DNA of 64,000 bases. It comes from Malacoraja senta (lineage: Eukaryota). Under the pieces are notes generated by a model, which saw only the letters and a list, made by a program, of their open reading frames with translations, was not told the origin of the DNA and made no database searches. The position numbers and the translations under genes were made by a program. The DNA lies in assembly GCA_038087875.1 (NCBI GenBank), contig CM075990.1:3288001-3352000 (forward strand), read 5' to 3'. Each line of letters opens with the position of its first letter. Within the stretch, counting starts at the first letter, position 1. This document shows positions 1 through 12,552 of this stretch, in pieces.

Positions 1-1210
1 AATTGGCTTGGTAAATGTGAAAATTGTCCCTGGTGTGTGTAGGACAGTGTTAATGTGCGGGGATCGCTGGTCGGCGCGGACCCGGTGGGCTGAAGGGCCC
101 AGTTTCCGTGCTGTATCTCTAAACTAAACTAAATTAAATGAATGAAAGATAAGCACAAATAGTAACGATGGTAAAGGAAACAGGCCCTTGTTAGATGTGT
201 GTCTATCTTCAGTTTCAACCAGCATCTGCAGTTCCTTCCTGCACACTTGTCCCCAGGCATGTCAGGTAGCACCTTCACCTAGAACATAGGACATTACAGC
301 AAAAGAACAGGCCGTTCGGCCCACAATGTCCATGCCGTACTCTATGCCAATATCATCTTGTATCTACCTTCGCATAACCTCCATTCCCTGCATATCCATG
401 TGCCTATCCAAAAGTCACCTCAATGCCACAATCGTATCTTCCTCAACCCCCACGCAGGTCTCCCCGTGACCCGCGTGGGTTTTCTCCGAGATCTTCGGTT
501 TCCTCCCACACTCCAAAGACGTACAGATATGTAGTTGCATTGGCTTGTGGTAAATGTAAAAATTGTCCCTAGTGTGCGTGTAGGATAGTGTTAATATGCA
601 GGGATCGCTGGTCGGCGCGGACCTGGTGGGCTGAAGGGCCTGTTTCCGCGCTGTGTCTCTAAGCTCAACTAAACTAAAATACGGCAGGATATAGATCAGG
701 CACACATACAATCGGCAAAATTGCAGATGGTGCTGTATTTTGCAAGGTCAAGTGTAAGTGGAGAGTATACAGTGAATGGGCCGAAGAGCCTGTTCTCGCT
801 CTGTATCTCTAAAGTAAACTAAACCTGTCTGTAATGGGGCAACCAGAAATGCCACCATCGTATCTGCCTCAACCACCACCATTGGGACAGGTGCATAGCC
901 AGGACCAGTTTTGAGGGATATGGGTCAAATGCAGGTGGGACTGGTGGAGATGGGATATGTTGGCCAATGTGGGCAAGTTGGGCCAAAGGGCCTATTTCTA
1001 CACTCTATGACTCTAATCTCCACACAACTCACCTTGATCTACACTGGCACCTGCTTCCACGTATTGTCTTTCCGCTGACTGGAGAGCACGCAACAAAATC
1101 TATTCACTGTACCTCGGTACACGTGACAATAAACTAAACTGAACTGAACAACGTCACACTCTGTAGTGCTAACCAGTCAGCGGAAAGACAATAATATACG
1201 ATACACGAAA

Positions 1211-2078
1211 GGGAGGAGGCGCTGTCCAGAACGGCTGCCTGTCCTGCAGCTGTCCGTTTTTTTTCCCTTCTTTTTTTATTATTCTTAGTACGTTGAGTGT
1301 GCAGTCAGGGGGCCTAATCTTTTTATGTGTGGGGGGTGGTGGGGGGGAAGGGGGAAACTGCTTTTCGAGTCCCTACCTGGTCGGAGGGGTTGCCTTCCTC
1401 CGAGCAGCGCCTTCGACCTGTCCTTGCAGCCTACCAGCGGGTCCTGGAGCAACGTTTCCCTGAGGGGACCTGGCCAGAACATCGGCTTTGGCGGCGGCAC
1501 AGAACATCGGCTTTGGCGGCGGTGCAGCGCTGGAGCGCTGTCGTGGAGCGGGCGATGCCTTTCCTGGGTCGCCGCGCTGGAACTCCAGTATACTGGGACC
1601 GCCGATGGGAACATCGTGGAGACGCGGTTCTGTGGAGCGGCCCAGCTGCGACGCTGAACGTTACATCCCGGAGCCTGGGATCTCTCGCTGAGATCGCCAG
1701 TGTGTGGAGCTCCGTCCGGCGCGGTCTGTTGGCTTGGAAGCCGCGGTCTCCAGTGGGAAGGTGGTCGTTCCTGGCACCCCAAGCCGCTGGGGGTTCTCCC
1801 GATGCCGGAGCACCATCACCCGGCGAGAACATCGGGCGCCGTGGCGGCGACTGTGGAGGCCTCAATAGGCCCGACTCTGGGTGGACAAGAGGATGGGGAC
1901 TGGACTTTGTGCCTTCCCCCACAGTGGGAACCACTGTGGGGGGATGTTTTTGTGTTTTGGTGTTGAACTTCTTTTTAATACTATGTTGTATTTTATTAGT
2001 GTGCTGTAAGGACATCTGAATTTCCCCTGAATAATGGGATTAATAAAGTCTAATCTAATCTAATCTAATCTAATCTAA
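1211..2078 (+). mobile_element. GC-rich non-autonomous retroelement (modular family A) with LINE-like tail
   Basis: GC head, T-rich tract, G-run+GAAAC, GC-rich body, hairpin 1916-1942, AATAAA and (TAATC)n tail; same layout at 33358, 34548 and 52493. Confidence 0.6.
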
Positions 2079-2284
2079 CCGAGCTGCCAATTAACCTACA
2101 AACCTGTACGTCTTTGGAATGTTGGGAGGAAACCGGAGCACCCGGAGAAAACCCACGCCGTCACGGGGAGAATGTACAAACTCCAGTGCCCGTGGTCAGG
2201 ATCGAACCTGGGTCTCTGGCGCTGTGAGGCAGCAACTCTGTGCTGTCCAAATGAAAATAAATTATACCAACCGCGCCTGCCTTA

Positions 2285-2616
2285 TGGCCCTGTCCCACTG
2301 TACGAGTTCATTCCAAGAGCTCTCCCGAGTTTAAAAAAAAATCAAACTCGTGGTAAGCACGGAGAATGAACGTAGCGGGTACGTCGGAGCTTGGGGACGT
2401 CTAATAGCGGCTCGTAACGCTAACAGCAGGTACTCGGGAAGACTCGCTAACGGCAGGTAAGCACGGGAAGACTCGGGAAGATTTTTCAACATGTGTGAAA
2501 AATGTCCACAAGAGCCCCGAGTACCGACGAGTGGCCATTACCGTAAATCTCCGAGTTGGAATCAGGGCAAACTGGGGAGAGCTCTTGGAATGAACTCGTA
2601 CCGTGGGACAGGGCTT
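2285..2616. mobile_element. PIF/Harbinger-type MITE (family 1)
   Basis: ~45-bp TIRs (GCCCTGTCCCAC.GTACGAGTTCATTCCAAGAGCTCTC), TTA/TAA flanks; close sibling at 7884-8202. Confidence 0.85.
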
Positions 2617-2962
2617 TAACATGATCAATATCCTCCCATTCACTGCAGGTGCACGTGCTTGTCCAAATGCCTCTTAAATATCACTATCATATCTGTTTAA
2701 CTCAACCACTCCGGCAGCACATTCCAGTCATGCTCCATGTTAAAAACATGCCTCAAACACCCCTTTAAACTTTCCCTCTCTCACCTTATACCTGTGCCCT
2801 CTAGTGTTTGACATCTCTACCTTAATAAAAATAATTTGACTGTCTACCCTGCCGGTGTCTCTTGTGATTTGATAAACTGCCGACAGGTCTCCCTCAGCCT
2901 CCGATATTCCAGGGAAAACTATCCAATTTTGTTCAAACTCTCCTTATAGCTAACACCTAACT

Positions 2963-3256
2963 GGGGCGGCACGGTGGCGCAGCGGTAGAGTTGCAGCTTT
3001 ACAGCACCAGAGACCCAGGTTCGATCCTGGCTATGGGTGCTTCTGTATGGAGTTTGTATGTTCTCCCTGTGACCACGTGGGTTTTCTCTGGGTGTTCCGG
3101 TTTCCTCCCACATTCCTAAGATGTGCAGGTTGGTAGGTTGATTGGCTTGGATAAATTGTCCCTTGTGTGTGGAGTAGAACTAGCGTACAGGCGTGGACTC
3201 AGTGGGCCAAAAGGTTTGTTTCCACGCTGTATCTCGAATCTAAACTAAACTAAACT
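2963..3256 (+). mobile_element. HE1-like tRNA-derived V-SINE
   Basis: A-box GGTGGCGCAGCGG, B-box GGTTCGATCC, V-domain (GGAGTTTG..TTCTCCC..GGTTTCCTCCCAC), CR1-type tail, (TAAAC)n. Confidence 0.9.
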
Positions 3257-3532
3257 GCCCTCAAATCCAGGCAGCATCCTGGAAATCCTCTTCCGCAAAC
3301 TCTCTAAAGCTGCCAGATCCTCCCTGTAATGTGATGATCAGATCTGCATGCAATACTCCAAATGTGGTCCAACCAATGCCCTATCAAGTGGCATCATGAC
3401 ATGCTGACTCTGCTACTCAATGCCCAGGCCAAAGAAGGCAAGCGTGCACAATGAAGATTATCCAAAGAAAGGGCATCTGTTGATGTACAGTCACAGAGTC
3501 ATACAGCATGGAAACAGGCCCTTCGGTCCTAC

Positions 3533-3732
3533 NNNNNNNNNNNNNNNNNNNNNNNNNNNNNNNNNNNNNNNNNNNNNNNNNNNNNNNNNNNNNNNNNNNN
3601 NNNNNNNNNNNNNNNNNNNNNNNNNNNNNNNNNNNNNNNNNNNNNNNNNNNNNNNNNNNNNNNNNNNNNNNNNNNNNNNNNNNNNNNNNNNNNNNNNNNN
3701 NNNNNNNNNNNNNNNNNNNNNNNNNNNNNNNN
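3533..3732. other. Assembly gap (200 N)
   Basis: Run of exactly 200 N; flanks are unrelated repeats. Confidence 1.
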
Positions 3733-4142
3733 AGGCGCTCGTTGGTCAGCCCGAGCTTTGTTGACCGGCCAACAGGGTGAGATGTCCGTCGGGGAATGTT
3801 GCCGACTGGCCCACTCCAGACTGCAGGAGTACGTGCTGAGGGACGCACTGAAGCTCGGTGCAGCCAACGCCAAGGCTCTGTGGGGGAGGACCACAGTCTA
3901 GGGTCCTTCCACTGCTGGACATTGAGGGGCAGAGTCCGGTGGGAAGACCCTTATTCAAGGGGCGGGATATCACCCCAGGGGGTCAATGGGTGGCAAGGGT
4001 GTGGGGCAAAATTGTGTAATTTGTTTAAACAGTATTGAATATATGTATAGCCTCCGAGAATGCTGGATGGATTTGCTTGCACGGTTCCTGTATTGTACAT
4101 ATTTTTAAGTTGAATAAAGTTTATTTATTTTTTTTTTTTTAA
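3733..4142 (+). mobile_element. Tx1-clade LINE 3' fragment
   Basis: Frame 3743-3901 reads WSARALLTGQQGEMSVGECCRLAHSRLQEYVLRDALKLGAANAKALWGRTTV*, resembling a Tx1-type ORF2 C-terminus, then 3' UTR with AATAAA. Confidence 0.7.
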
Positions 4143-4149
4143 AGGGACA

Positions 4150-5212
4150 GAGGATCAGGGAAACACAGCCACTCGATGGAGTGTCGAACCATCGGAACGG
4201 AAGATCCTTGAGTGGCCACACTCAAGACCCGGACCCGCGGATCGCCGCTTCAGGAGTGGAGCCAGCCGATCCGGTCCCTGCTCGGAGGACCCAGCAGACC
4301 ACCGGCCTGCAGGGGGAGCCGCCGAGCCGGCCCTCTGAAGACCAGAGAGCGGGAGGAAGGATAGAGCCGACAACGGCAGCGGACATGACCAAAGATTCTA
4401 TAGCGAGCAAGATAGTCCACTCGACGAAAATGACGTAGTACGGTCATGGGCAGATTCATGGGTAATTTAAGGCCCCATTTCCGTAACCGGCTTCCGTCTC
4501 CGCACCAAAGATCCCATAGGATACTAGTGTGGAGACGGAAGCCGGTTACGGAAACATCCTCGTAAAAATAAAAGTTACTTGGTAAAAATCTTCTCCTCAT
4601 TTCAGAATTTTAATTTAATTTATTAACACAAACTGTTCCCCCGCAACATTGATTACACTGCGAGTCGGGTCGGATCTGGTTACGGAAATGGATGAAAAAA
4701 AGGCCCACGTTCCGCTCCGTTGCGTACTACACGTCAGCCCATTGCATTTAGCAGGAGTGGTCTATCTTGCTCCGCTACAGGATCTTTGGACATGACGGGC
4801 CTGGAGCGAGGCCGGTGGGTGAGGAGAGGGAACCGGGGTCTGGCCCACCGCGCCCTCGAGGTCGGCTGCGGGAGGCTCCCACCCCTCGGGGAACCAAAGA
4901 TGGACCGGCGAGGAGAGGGACGTGGGTTCGCTGGACGATCCGGACGTCCAAGGGAAGGAGACGGCTGGAGGCCCTGCAGCAACCTGGGGCTCGCCTGGAT
5001 CGGGCCCCGCTCACAACACCTAGAGCGCGGACTGGACTCTGAAAATGGCACCAAAACACGGCACCTCTTGCGTGCGGGATCAGTGGACTATTTCTCTACA
5101 CTTGTTCATCGAGGATCGGGGTTTTGGCAATACTCTACTGGACTGTTTTCAAGAAAAATAATTTCATTGTGCACTTCACACAAGTGACAACAAAAGCACC
5201 ATTGACCATTGA
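4150..5212 (+). mobile_element. GC-rich non-autonomous repeat (family B) with LINE-like tail, interrupted by the P-like element
   Basis: Shares CCTGGGGCTCGCCTGGATC and an A(A/T)TGGC..CAAAACA(C/T)GGC block with 13440-13810; ends TTTCATTGTG..GTGACAACAAAAG(CATTGAC)n. Confidence 0.5.
4390..4788. mobile_element. Non-autonomous DNA transposon with 8-bp TSD, P-element-like (hAT not excluded)
   Basis: 33/34-bp imperfect TIRs starting CAAAGAT; perfect GACATGAC at 4382-4389 and 4789-4796. Confidence 0.8.
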
Positions 5213-6011
5213 AAAGCCTTTACTCTTTTTGTGGCAACTCCATTAATCCCATTTGCCAAGGCTTCCATGAATGAAACTACCAATTCAGGGAATTACTTTG
5301 GCCCTGTACCCTTGGAAAGTGGGTTTGAGAAGTTGAGAAATTCCAAACAGTCGGCCCAGATACTTTAGCCCTGTTATCAATGACATTTCCATCGTTGGAA
5401 AAAGGATCTGACTGTCTATGCTTGGAAACAGGCCCACGCCGACCATACATCTGCCAGACACAGTAGTTATGCCACTACTCATGAGGGGGAATATATCGAG
5501 GCCAATTAACCTACAAACTAGCACATCTTGAGCTAGATAGGGCTCTTAAAGATAGCGGAGTCAGGGAATATGGGGAGAAGGCAGGAACGGGGTACTGATT
5601 GGGGATGATCAGCCATGATCACATTGAATGGCGGTGCTGGCTCGAAGGGCCGAATGGCCTACTCCTGCACCTATTGTCTATTGTCTATGGTCTTTGGGAT
5701 GTGGGAGGAAACCGGAGCACCCAGAGGAAACCGACAGTCGCAGGAGTTCGTGCAAACTCCGCACAGACAGTACCTGACGTCGGAATCGAACCGGGTCTCT
5801 GGCATGGTGAGGCAACAGCTCAACTGCTGTGTCGTCCTACGGAATGTTAAATTTCCTGACAAGCGCATTGGCCTACTTTCAATGGTGAAAAGTGGTACCC
5901 TAAAGAATTTCACAGGACATAGAAAGGACCAGGCACTTCATCCGACATTATCCGTGCCGAACATCTCTGCCTGATCTACATGTTCCACACCAAGCCCTAC
6001 GTACCCATGTG

Positions 6012-6305
6012 TTTAATTTAGTGTAGTTTAGAGATACAGTGCGGAAACAGGCCCTTCAGCCCACCGAGTCCGCACCGACAAGCAATCCCCGCACATTAAC
6101 ACTATCCTACACACACTAGGGGCAATTTACACATACGCCAAGCCAATTAACCTGCAAACCTGTACGCCTTTGGAGTGTGGGAGGAAACCGAAGATCTCGG
6201 TGAAAACTCACGCAGGTCACGGGGAGAATGTACAAACTCCGTACAGACAGCACCCGTAGTCGGGATCGAACCCGGGTCTCCGGCACTGCAAGCGATGTAA
6301 GGCAA
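6012..6305 (-). mobile_element. HE1-like V-SINE, head truncated at the adjacent MITE
   Basis: Reverse complement of the SINE consensus, stopping at the MITE end at 6309. Confidence 0.9.
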
Positions 6306-6308
6306 TAA

Positions 6309-6872
6309 AGGGCCCGTCCAACTTAGGCGATCTTTTCGGCGACTGACGGCGAATGACATAATCGGAGCAGGTCGCTGAGAAAACGGCCACTGGACCCCCC
6401 CCTAGGACAAAGTCTACGACAATGTTTACTACACGCTACAACAACCTATCACATAGTCGACGTCAAGCTACGGCAAGCTACCGACAACCGGCGACCCATT
6501 AAGACGTCCATGTACGTCCACACAGGCGACAACCTACGACAACCAAAATCAACCTACGTCAACCCGCGACAAGCTGCAACAAGCTATGACACTGTCGGCG
6601 GCAACTGAAGACAATTCAGTCGCCGGTACCTGTCGCCGGTCGACGTAGTTTGACGTAGGTAGTCGCCAATGGAATTCACCGAAGTCAGCACCCGGCGACA
6701 ACCTACGTCATCTGGCAACAACGTACGACAGCGCCTTCGTCAGGAGAAGGAAAGCTACGACAAGCCCATGGTCGCCGACCGTCGCCGAAAAGTTTTGAAC
6801 ATTTCAAAATCCAGCGGCGACCAGAAAAACGCTACCACTCTTTGGGCGACTGAGGAGACGACTCACGACCAG
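6309..6872. mobile_element. Harbinger-type MITE (family 2, CGAC-rich), right end lost
   Basis: Left end AGGGCCCGTCCAACTTAGGCGA after TAA; body homologous to 43160-43580 and 61778-62323. Confidence 0.8.
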
Positions 6873-6907
6873 TATCAGATAAGCATCTCAGATACAGTTC
6901 GCATGTA

Positions 6908-7272
6908 ACATAGAAAGTAGGTGCAGGTGTAGGCCATTCGGCCCTTCGAGCCAGCACCACCATTCAATATGATCATGGTTGATCATCCAGAATCAGTACC
7001 CCGTTCCTGCCTTCTCCCCATATCCCTTGATTCCGTTAGCCCTAAGAGCTACATCTAACTCTCTCTTGAATACATCCAGTGAATTGGCCTCCACTGCCTT
7101 CTGTGGCAGAAAATTCCACAGATTCACAACTCTCTGGGTGAAAAGGTTTTTCCTCATCTCAGTCCCAAATGGCCTACCCCTTATTCTTAAACTGTGACCC
7201 CTGGTTCTGGACTCCCCCAACATGGCGAACATTTTTCCTGCATCTAGTGCTGTCCAATCCCTTAAGAATTTT
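6908..7272 (-). mobile_element. CR1 (HER1-like) LINE 3' fragment
   Basis: ORF 6993-7232 (ESRTRGHSLRIRG..FTQRVVNLWN..FKRELD) is a CR1 ORF2 C-terminus; CR1 3' UTR follows. Confidence 0.9.
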
Positions 7273-7883
7273 ACATGACATTAGCAGTAGTACACTGAGA
7301 CTGTATAGTCACCAGTTTGGCTCCCTGTTTCGGTCCCCAGTTGGTGTAAGTGCAGGATCTTGACCTGACCATGAAGGCCCGTTGTCATGGCGACGTTGCA
7401 GGGTCGGCCTGGCCAGCGTAACCGTCGGTGTTCTCAATCCGCTGTTCCACCGCTGTTTTTCCCCCTTATTTTGAAATTCAGGATTTTTCCATTGAGCCTT
7501 CCATCTATCAGAACAAATGACGGCAGTCTCGTTGACTTTTTGAAAAGTGACACGTGAATTTTTTTCCTTTCTTTGAATAAATCAGGTGGAAAACAATTAG
7601 CTTGCCGAGGCAGGAAGATGCTCAGTAACTCTTCGCAACACAGAAAACTTGTTGTCTGTGTGACAACAGAAATTATCATTTCACCACAAGTTAATTCATT
7701 CAAGTATCTAAGTACTGACTAACATATGTTTTATTAACAGCCCGGAAGCATGTGCATATCACAAATTATGATTCTCATTGTGGTGCTGTTCAGCGCTGAT
7801 CTAACATACAGTACCTGGGAGAGAGCGACAATATCTAATCCAATTAATCTCAAGAGTTACACTCTGTAATATTCAGCTGGAAA

Positions 7884-8202
7884 AAGCCATGTCCCACGGT
7901 ACGAGTTCATTCCAAGAGCTCTGTCGAGTTAAAAAAAATCAAACTCGTGGTAAGCACGGAGAATGAACGTAGCGGGTACGTCGGAGCTCGGGGACATCTC
8001 TTAGCGCTAACGGCAGGTACTCGGGAAGACTCGCTAACGGCAGGTCAGCACGGGAAGACTCGTGAAGATTTTTCAACATGATGAAAAATGTCCACGAGAG
8101 CCCCGAGTACCGACGAGTGGCCATTACCGTAAATCTCCGAGTTCGAATCAGGGCAAACTCGGGAGAGCTCTTGGAATGAACTCGTACCGTGGGACAGGGC
8201 TT
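7884..8202. mobile_element. Harbinger-type MITE (family 1)
   Basis: Same TIRs and body as 2285-2616. Confidence 0.85.
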
Positions 8203-8684
8203 AAAGGGTGTGGAGAATATTGATGAGGATGTTGCCAGGACTCGAGGGCCTGAGCTATAGGGAGAGGTTGGGCAGGCTAGGACTTTATTTCTTCGAGCAC
8301 AGGACGCTGAGGGGTGATCTGATAGAGGTGTATACATTAATGGGAGGAATGGATAGGGTAAATACTCCCCCCCCCCCCCCCACACACACACACTATAAGT
8401 CAGAAGGGTCTCAACCCAAAACATTACCTATCCAGGTTCTCCAGAGACCCTGCCGGACCCGTTGAGTTACTCCAGCGCTCTGTGTTCTTTGATTTAGGAA
8501 CATCAGCCAGCCATTGGAAAAATTATCGGTGATCTTTCCGATGCCGAATGGCCTGCAAAACCCCCCATGTAAATAGATATGATTTGGGGCACTGGCTCAA
8601 CCAGCTTCTCAAGGCCACAGATAGAACCATTCAAAATGGCGATAAAATTAAGGATGATGTCCTCAACAACTCTCACCAACTTCT

Positions 8685-9205
8685 GCAGCTTGCTTTGGGA
8701 ACAGCTCCATCCAAGCCCGCAAGAAACTGCAGAGAATTGTGGACGCAGCCCAGACCATCACACAGACCAACCTCCCTTCCATTGACTCCATTTACACCTC
8801 ACGCTGCCTCGGCAAGGCCAGCAGCATAATCAAGGATGTGTCGCACCCTGGCCACTCCTTCTTCTCTCCTCTCCCATCAGGCAAAATGTATAGAAGTGTG
8901 AAAACGCACACCTCCAGATTCAGAGACAGTTTCTTCCCAGCTGTTATCAGGCAACTGAATCATCCTACCACAACCAGAGAGCAGTGCTGAACTACTATCT
9001 ACCTCATTGGAGATCCTCGCACTATCTTTGATCGGACTTTTCTGGCTTTATCTTGCACCAAACGTTATTCACTTCATTCCCTTTATCATGTACACTGTGG
9101 ACAGCTTAATAATAATCAAGTATTGTCTTTCTGCTGACTGGATAGCACACAACAACAACTTTTCACTGTTCCTTGGTACACGTGGCAATAATCTAAACTC
9201 AAACT
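8685..9205 (+). mobile_element. Rex1/Babar-type LINE 3' fragment
   Basis: AQTITQTNLPSIDSIYTSRCLGKASSIIKDVSHPGHSFFSPLPSGK.YRS..RFRDSFFPAVIRQLN, plus 3' UTR. Confidence 0.85.
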
Positions 9206-9219
9206 CATACATCAAATTT

Positions 9220-9540
9220 GGGACGGCATGGTGGCGCAGCGGTAGAGTTGCTGCCTTATAGCGCTTTCAATGCCAGAGACGCAGGTTCGATCCCGGCTAC
9301 GGGTGCTTGTCTGTGCCGAGTTTGTACGTTCTTCCCATGACCTGCGTGTGTTATCTCCAAGATCTTCAGTTTCCTCCCACACTCCAAAGACATACAGGTT
9401 TGTAGATTAACAGGCCTGGTATCATTGTAAATTCAACCTAGTGTGTGTAGGGTAGTGTTAATGTGCAGGGATCGCTGGTCGGTGCGGACTCGGTGGGCCG
9501 AAGGGCCTGTTTCCGCGCTGTATCTCTAAATTAAACTAAT
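9220..9540 (+). mobile_element. HE1-like V-SINE
   Basis: tRNA head, V-domain, CR1-type tail. Confidence 0.9.
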
Positions 9541-11100
9541 TAAATAATCAGTCTGAAACGTTGACTATTTCCTTCGCTCCATAGATGCTGCCTCACCCGC
9601 TGAGTTTCTCCAGCATTTTTGTCTACCTAAACTAATGAAAATGTATCTGAACGCTGTGGATGGCTCGATTGTAATCATGTATTGTCTTTGCGCTGACTGG
9701 TTGATATGCAGCAAAAGCCTTTCACTGTACCTCGATGGTGAACGTGACAATAAGGCAAACTCATATTTTAATTCCGTGATCCCTGGCTATGGAGGTCTTT
9801 AACTGGCTTGAGGCTATGTTAACCAGTGCTGAAACATTATCTGAATTCTACCATCATGATCAATTACAAGCATCATAGTAAGTGGCAGCTGGGAAAACAT
9901 ACACAGGACCCAAACGAGAGGCCTGGGAGCAAGTGAAGGATTAACCAGATTAACAGTCATGGTGAATAAGCAAAAGAATTTTGACACCCAAATTCCACTG
10001 TGATATAAATAATTAACTCCAAACCTTTGCATATCATTTTCGTCCACTCCAACAAAGCCAATGTGTTCTCCAGCCTGTTCAATAAAGAAAACAAGACTCT
10101 TAACAAAACTGTGCCTCTGGCAACTCGATTCCACTGAGACCGGCAGGCAGGCAGTGGACTTGTTCTGTCGGAGGCTTAAAGCTCTCACAACCGGCTGGAG
10201 ATGAGACACAGCCAGAGAACAGTGTGAGGGAATAGACTGGGTGAAAGCACAGAGTCTTTGACCCTGGGTTAGGGGAAATCAAAGAGCAAGTGACATATTT
10301 TTAAGGTAGACAAAAGTGCTGGAGAAACTCAGCGGATGCAGCAGCATCTATGGAGCGAAGGAAATAGGCAACGTTTCGGGCCGAAACCCTTCTTCAGACT
10401 GATGGTGAGGTGAGGGGGTATATGGAACAAGCTGCCAGGGGAGGTAGTTGAGCAGGTATTATAACAACATTTAAACAACATTTTAAGGGGAGAGGGGCAA
10501 GATTTCACTGGAAAATGAGGGTTGACTTTTTCACACAGAGGGCGGGCGGTGAGTTTATGGAACGAACTTCCAGAAGAGGTAGTTGAGGCAGGTACTATAG
10601 CAACATTTAAAAGGCATTTGGAAAGGTACATGGATAGGAAATGTAGTTAATTGTAGTTTATTGTCACGTGTACCGGGGTACAGCACAAAACTTTTGTTGC
10701 GTGCTAACCAGTCAGCGGAAAGACAATACATGATTACAATCGAGCCGTCCACAACGTACAGATACATGATGAAGGGAATAACCTTTAGCACAAGGTAAAG
10801 TCCAGTAAAGTCCGGTTAAACTTAGTCCGAGGGTCTCCAGGAAGATAGATGGTGGGTCAGGTTGTTGACAACAGCTGGGAAGAAACTGGCCCTGAATCAG
10901 GGGGTATATGAATATTAGAGGGATATATGCCAGTGTGGGCAAATGGGACTAGCTTAGAAGGGTCATCTCGGTCGGTATGGATGAGTTGGGTAAAAGGGTC
11001 TGTTTTCATGCTGTATGACTCTACGATTCTACAACCTTAACAATGGTTGTTCAGGGCCAGCTGGTGGTCATGTGTCCGTTCCTTCTGATGCCTCCCTTGC

Positions 11101-11772
11101 TTTAGACTTTACACTTTAGAGATACAGCCTGGAAACAAGCCCTTTGGCCTACCGAGCCCGTGCCGACCAGCGATCACCCCGAACACGAGCACTATCCTAC
11201 ACACACTAGGGACAATTTTCAATTTTTCCAAAGTCAATTGACCTACAAACCTGTACGTCTTTGGAGTGTGGGAGGAAACTGGAGCACCCGGAGAAAACCC
11301 ACGAGGTCACAGGGAATATGTCCAATCTCCGTACAGACAGCACCCGTAGCCAGAATTGTACCCGAGTCCCTGGCGCTGTGAGGCAGCAACTCTACCACTG
11401 TGCCACCCCATTGCTGTTATATAATTTCCCGTGGCGAAGAGAAAGCATTTTCTTTCAAAGTTTTAGATTTAGTTTTAGAGATACAGCATGGAAACAAACC
11501 GTTCAGCCCACTGAGTCCACGCTGACCAACGATTACCTGTACACTAGTTCCATGTCATCCCAATTTTGCTTCTTACACACTAGGGGCAATTTACAGAGGC
11601 TGATTAAATAACAAACCTGTACGAATTTGGGATGCGGGAGGAAACCGGGGCATCCAGAGGAAACCCAGGCAGTTACAGGGAGAACGTGCAAACCCCACAT
11701 GGAAAGCGCCCGACGTCGGGATCGAACCCAGGTCTCTGGCCCTGTGAGGCGGCGGCTCTACCAGCTGTGCCA
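11101..11772 (-). mobile_element. Two tandem HE1-like V-SINEs (11101-11409, 11460-11772)
   Basis: Two reverse-complement SINE copies with B-box and V-domain. Confidence 0.85.
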
Positions 11773-11871
11773 TAGTGTACGGTAGATCAATCACAGGGTC
11801 ACATGATCATGCAGGACAGAAACAGGCCCTTCGGCCCACCGGGTCCGTGCTGACCAGCGATACCCGCATAT

Positions 11872-12248
11872 TAGACAATAGACAATAGACAATAGGTGCA
11901 GGAGTAGGCCATTCGGCCCTTCGAGCCAGCACCGCCATTCAATGTGATCATGGCTGTTCATCCCCAATCAGTGCCCCATTCCTGCCTTCTCCCCATATCC
12001 CCTGACTCCGCTATTTTTCAGAGCCCTATCTAGCTCTCTCTTGAAAGCATCCAGAGAACCTGCCTCCACCGCCCTCTGAGGCAGAGAATTCCACAGACTC
12101 ACCACTCTCTGTGAGAAAAAGTGTTTCCTCGTCTCCGTTCTAAATGGCTTACTCCTTATTCTCAAACTGTGGCCCCTGGTTCTGGACTCCCCCGACATCG
12201 GGAACATGATTCCTGCCTCTAGCGTGTCCAAGCCCTTAACAATCTTAT
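11872..12248 (-). mobile_element. CR1 LINE 3' fragment inserted into a V-SINE (11815-12490)
   Basis: ORF 11968-12231 is a CR1 C-terminus; (CTATTGT)n tail; SINE halves resume on both sides. Confidence 0.9.
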
Positions 12249-12521
12249 TATTAACACTGTCTTACACACACTAGAGACAAATTTTACATTTACAGAGCCA
12301 ATTAACCTACATACCTGCACGCCTTTGGAGTGTGGGAGGAAACCGAAGATCTCGGAGAAAACCCACGCAGGTCACGGGGGGAAGGTACAAACTCCCTACA
12401 GACAGCACCCATAGTCGGGATCGAACCCGGGTCTCCAGTGCTGCATTCACTGTAAGGCAGCAACTCTACCGCTGCGCCACTGTGACCACCCTTTTTCTGT
12501 ACTATTTCTATTTACCAACAC

Positions 12522-12552
<31 letters not shown>

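Noticed and set aside
1285..2019. Overlapping 110-230 aa ORFs (also at 34633-35231 and 52520-53011)
   Set aside because: Open in many frames because of high GC; no recognisable domain and no shared peptide between family copies.
2963..3040. tRNA genes at GGTGGCGCAGCGGTAGAG..GGTTCGATCC motifs
   Set aside because: These are SINE heads, each continuing into the V-domain and LINE-derived tail.
3417..3894. ORFs spanning the N-run
   Set aside because: Artefacts of the 200-N gap.
6400..6760. CRISPR-like or regular tandem array in CGAC-rich sequence
   Set aside because: Irregular short subrepeats inside a MITE family, with no constant repeat-spacer period; eukaryotic context.
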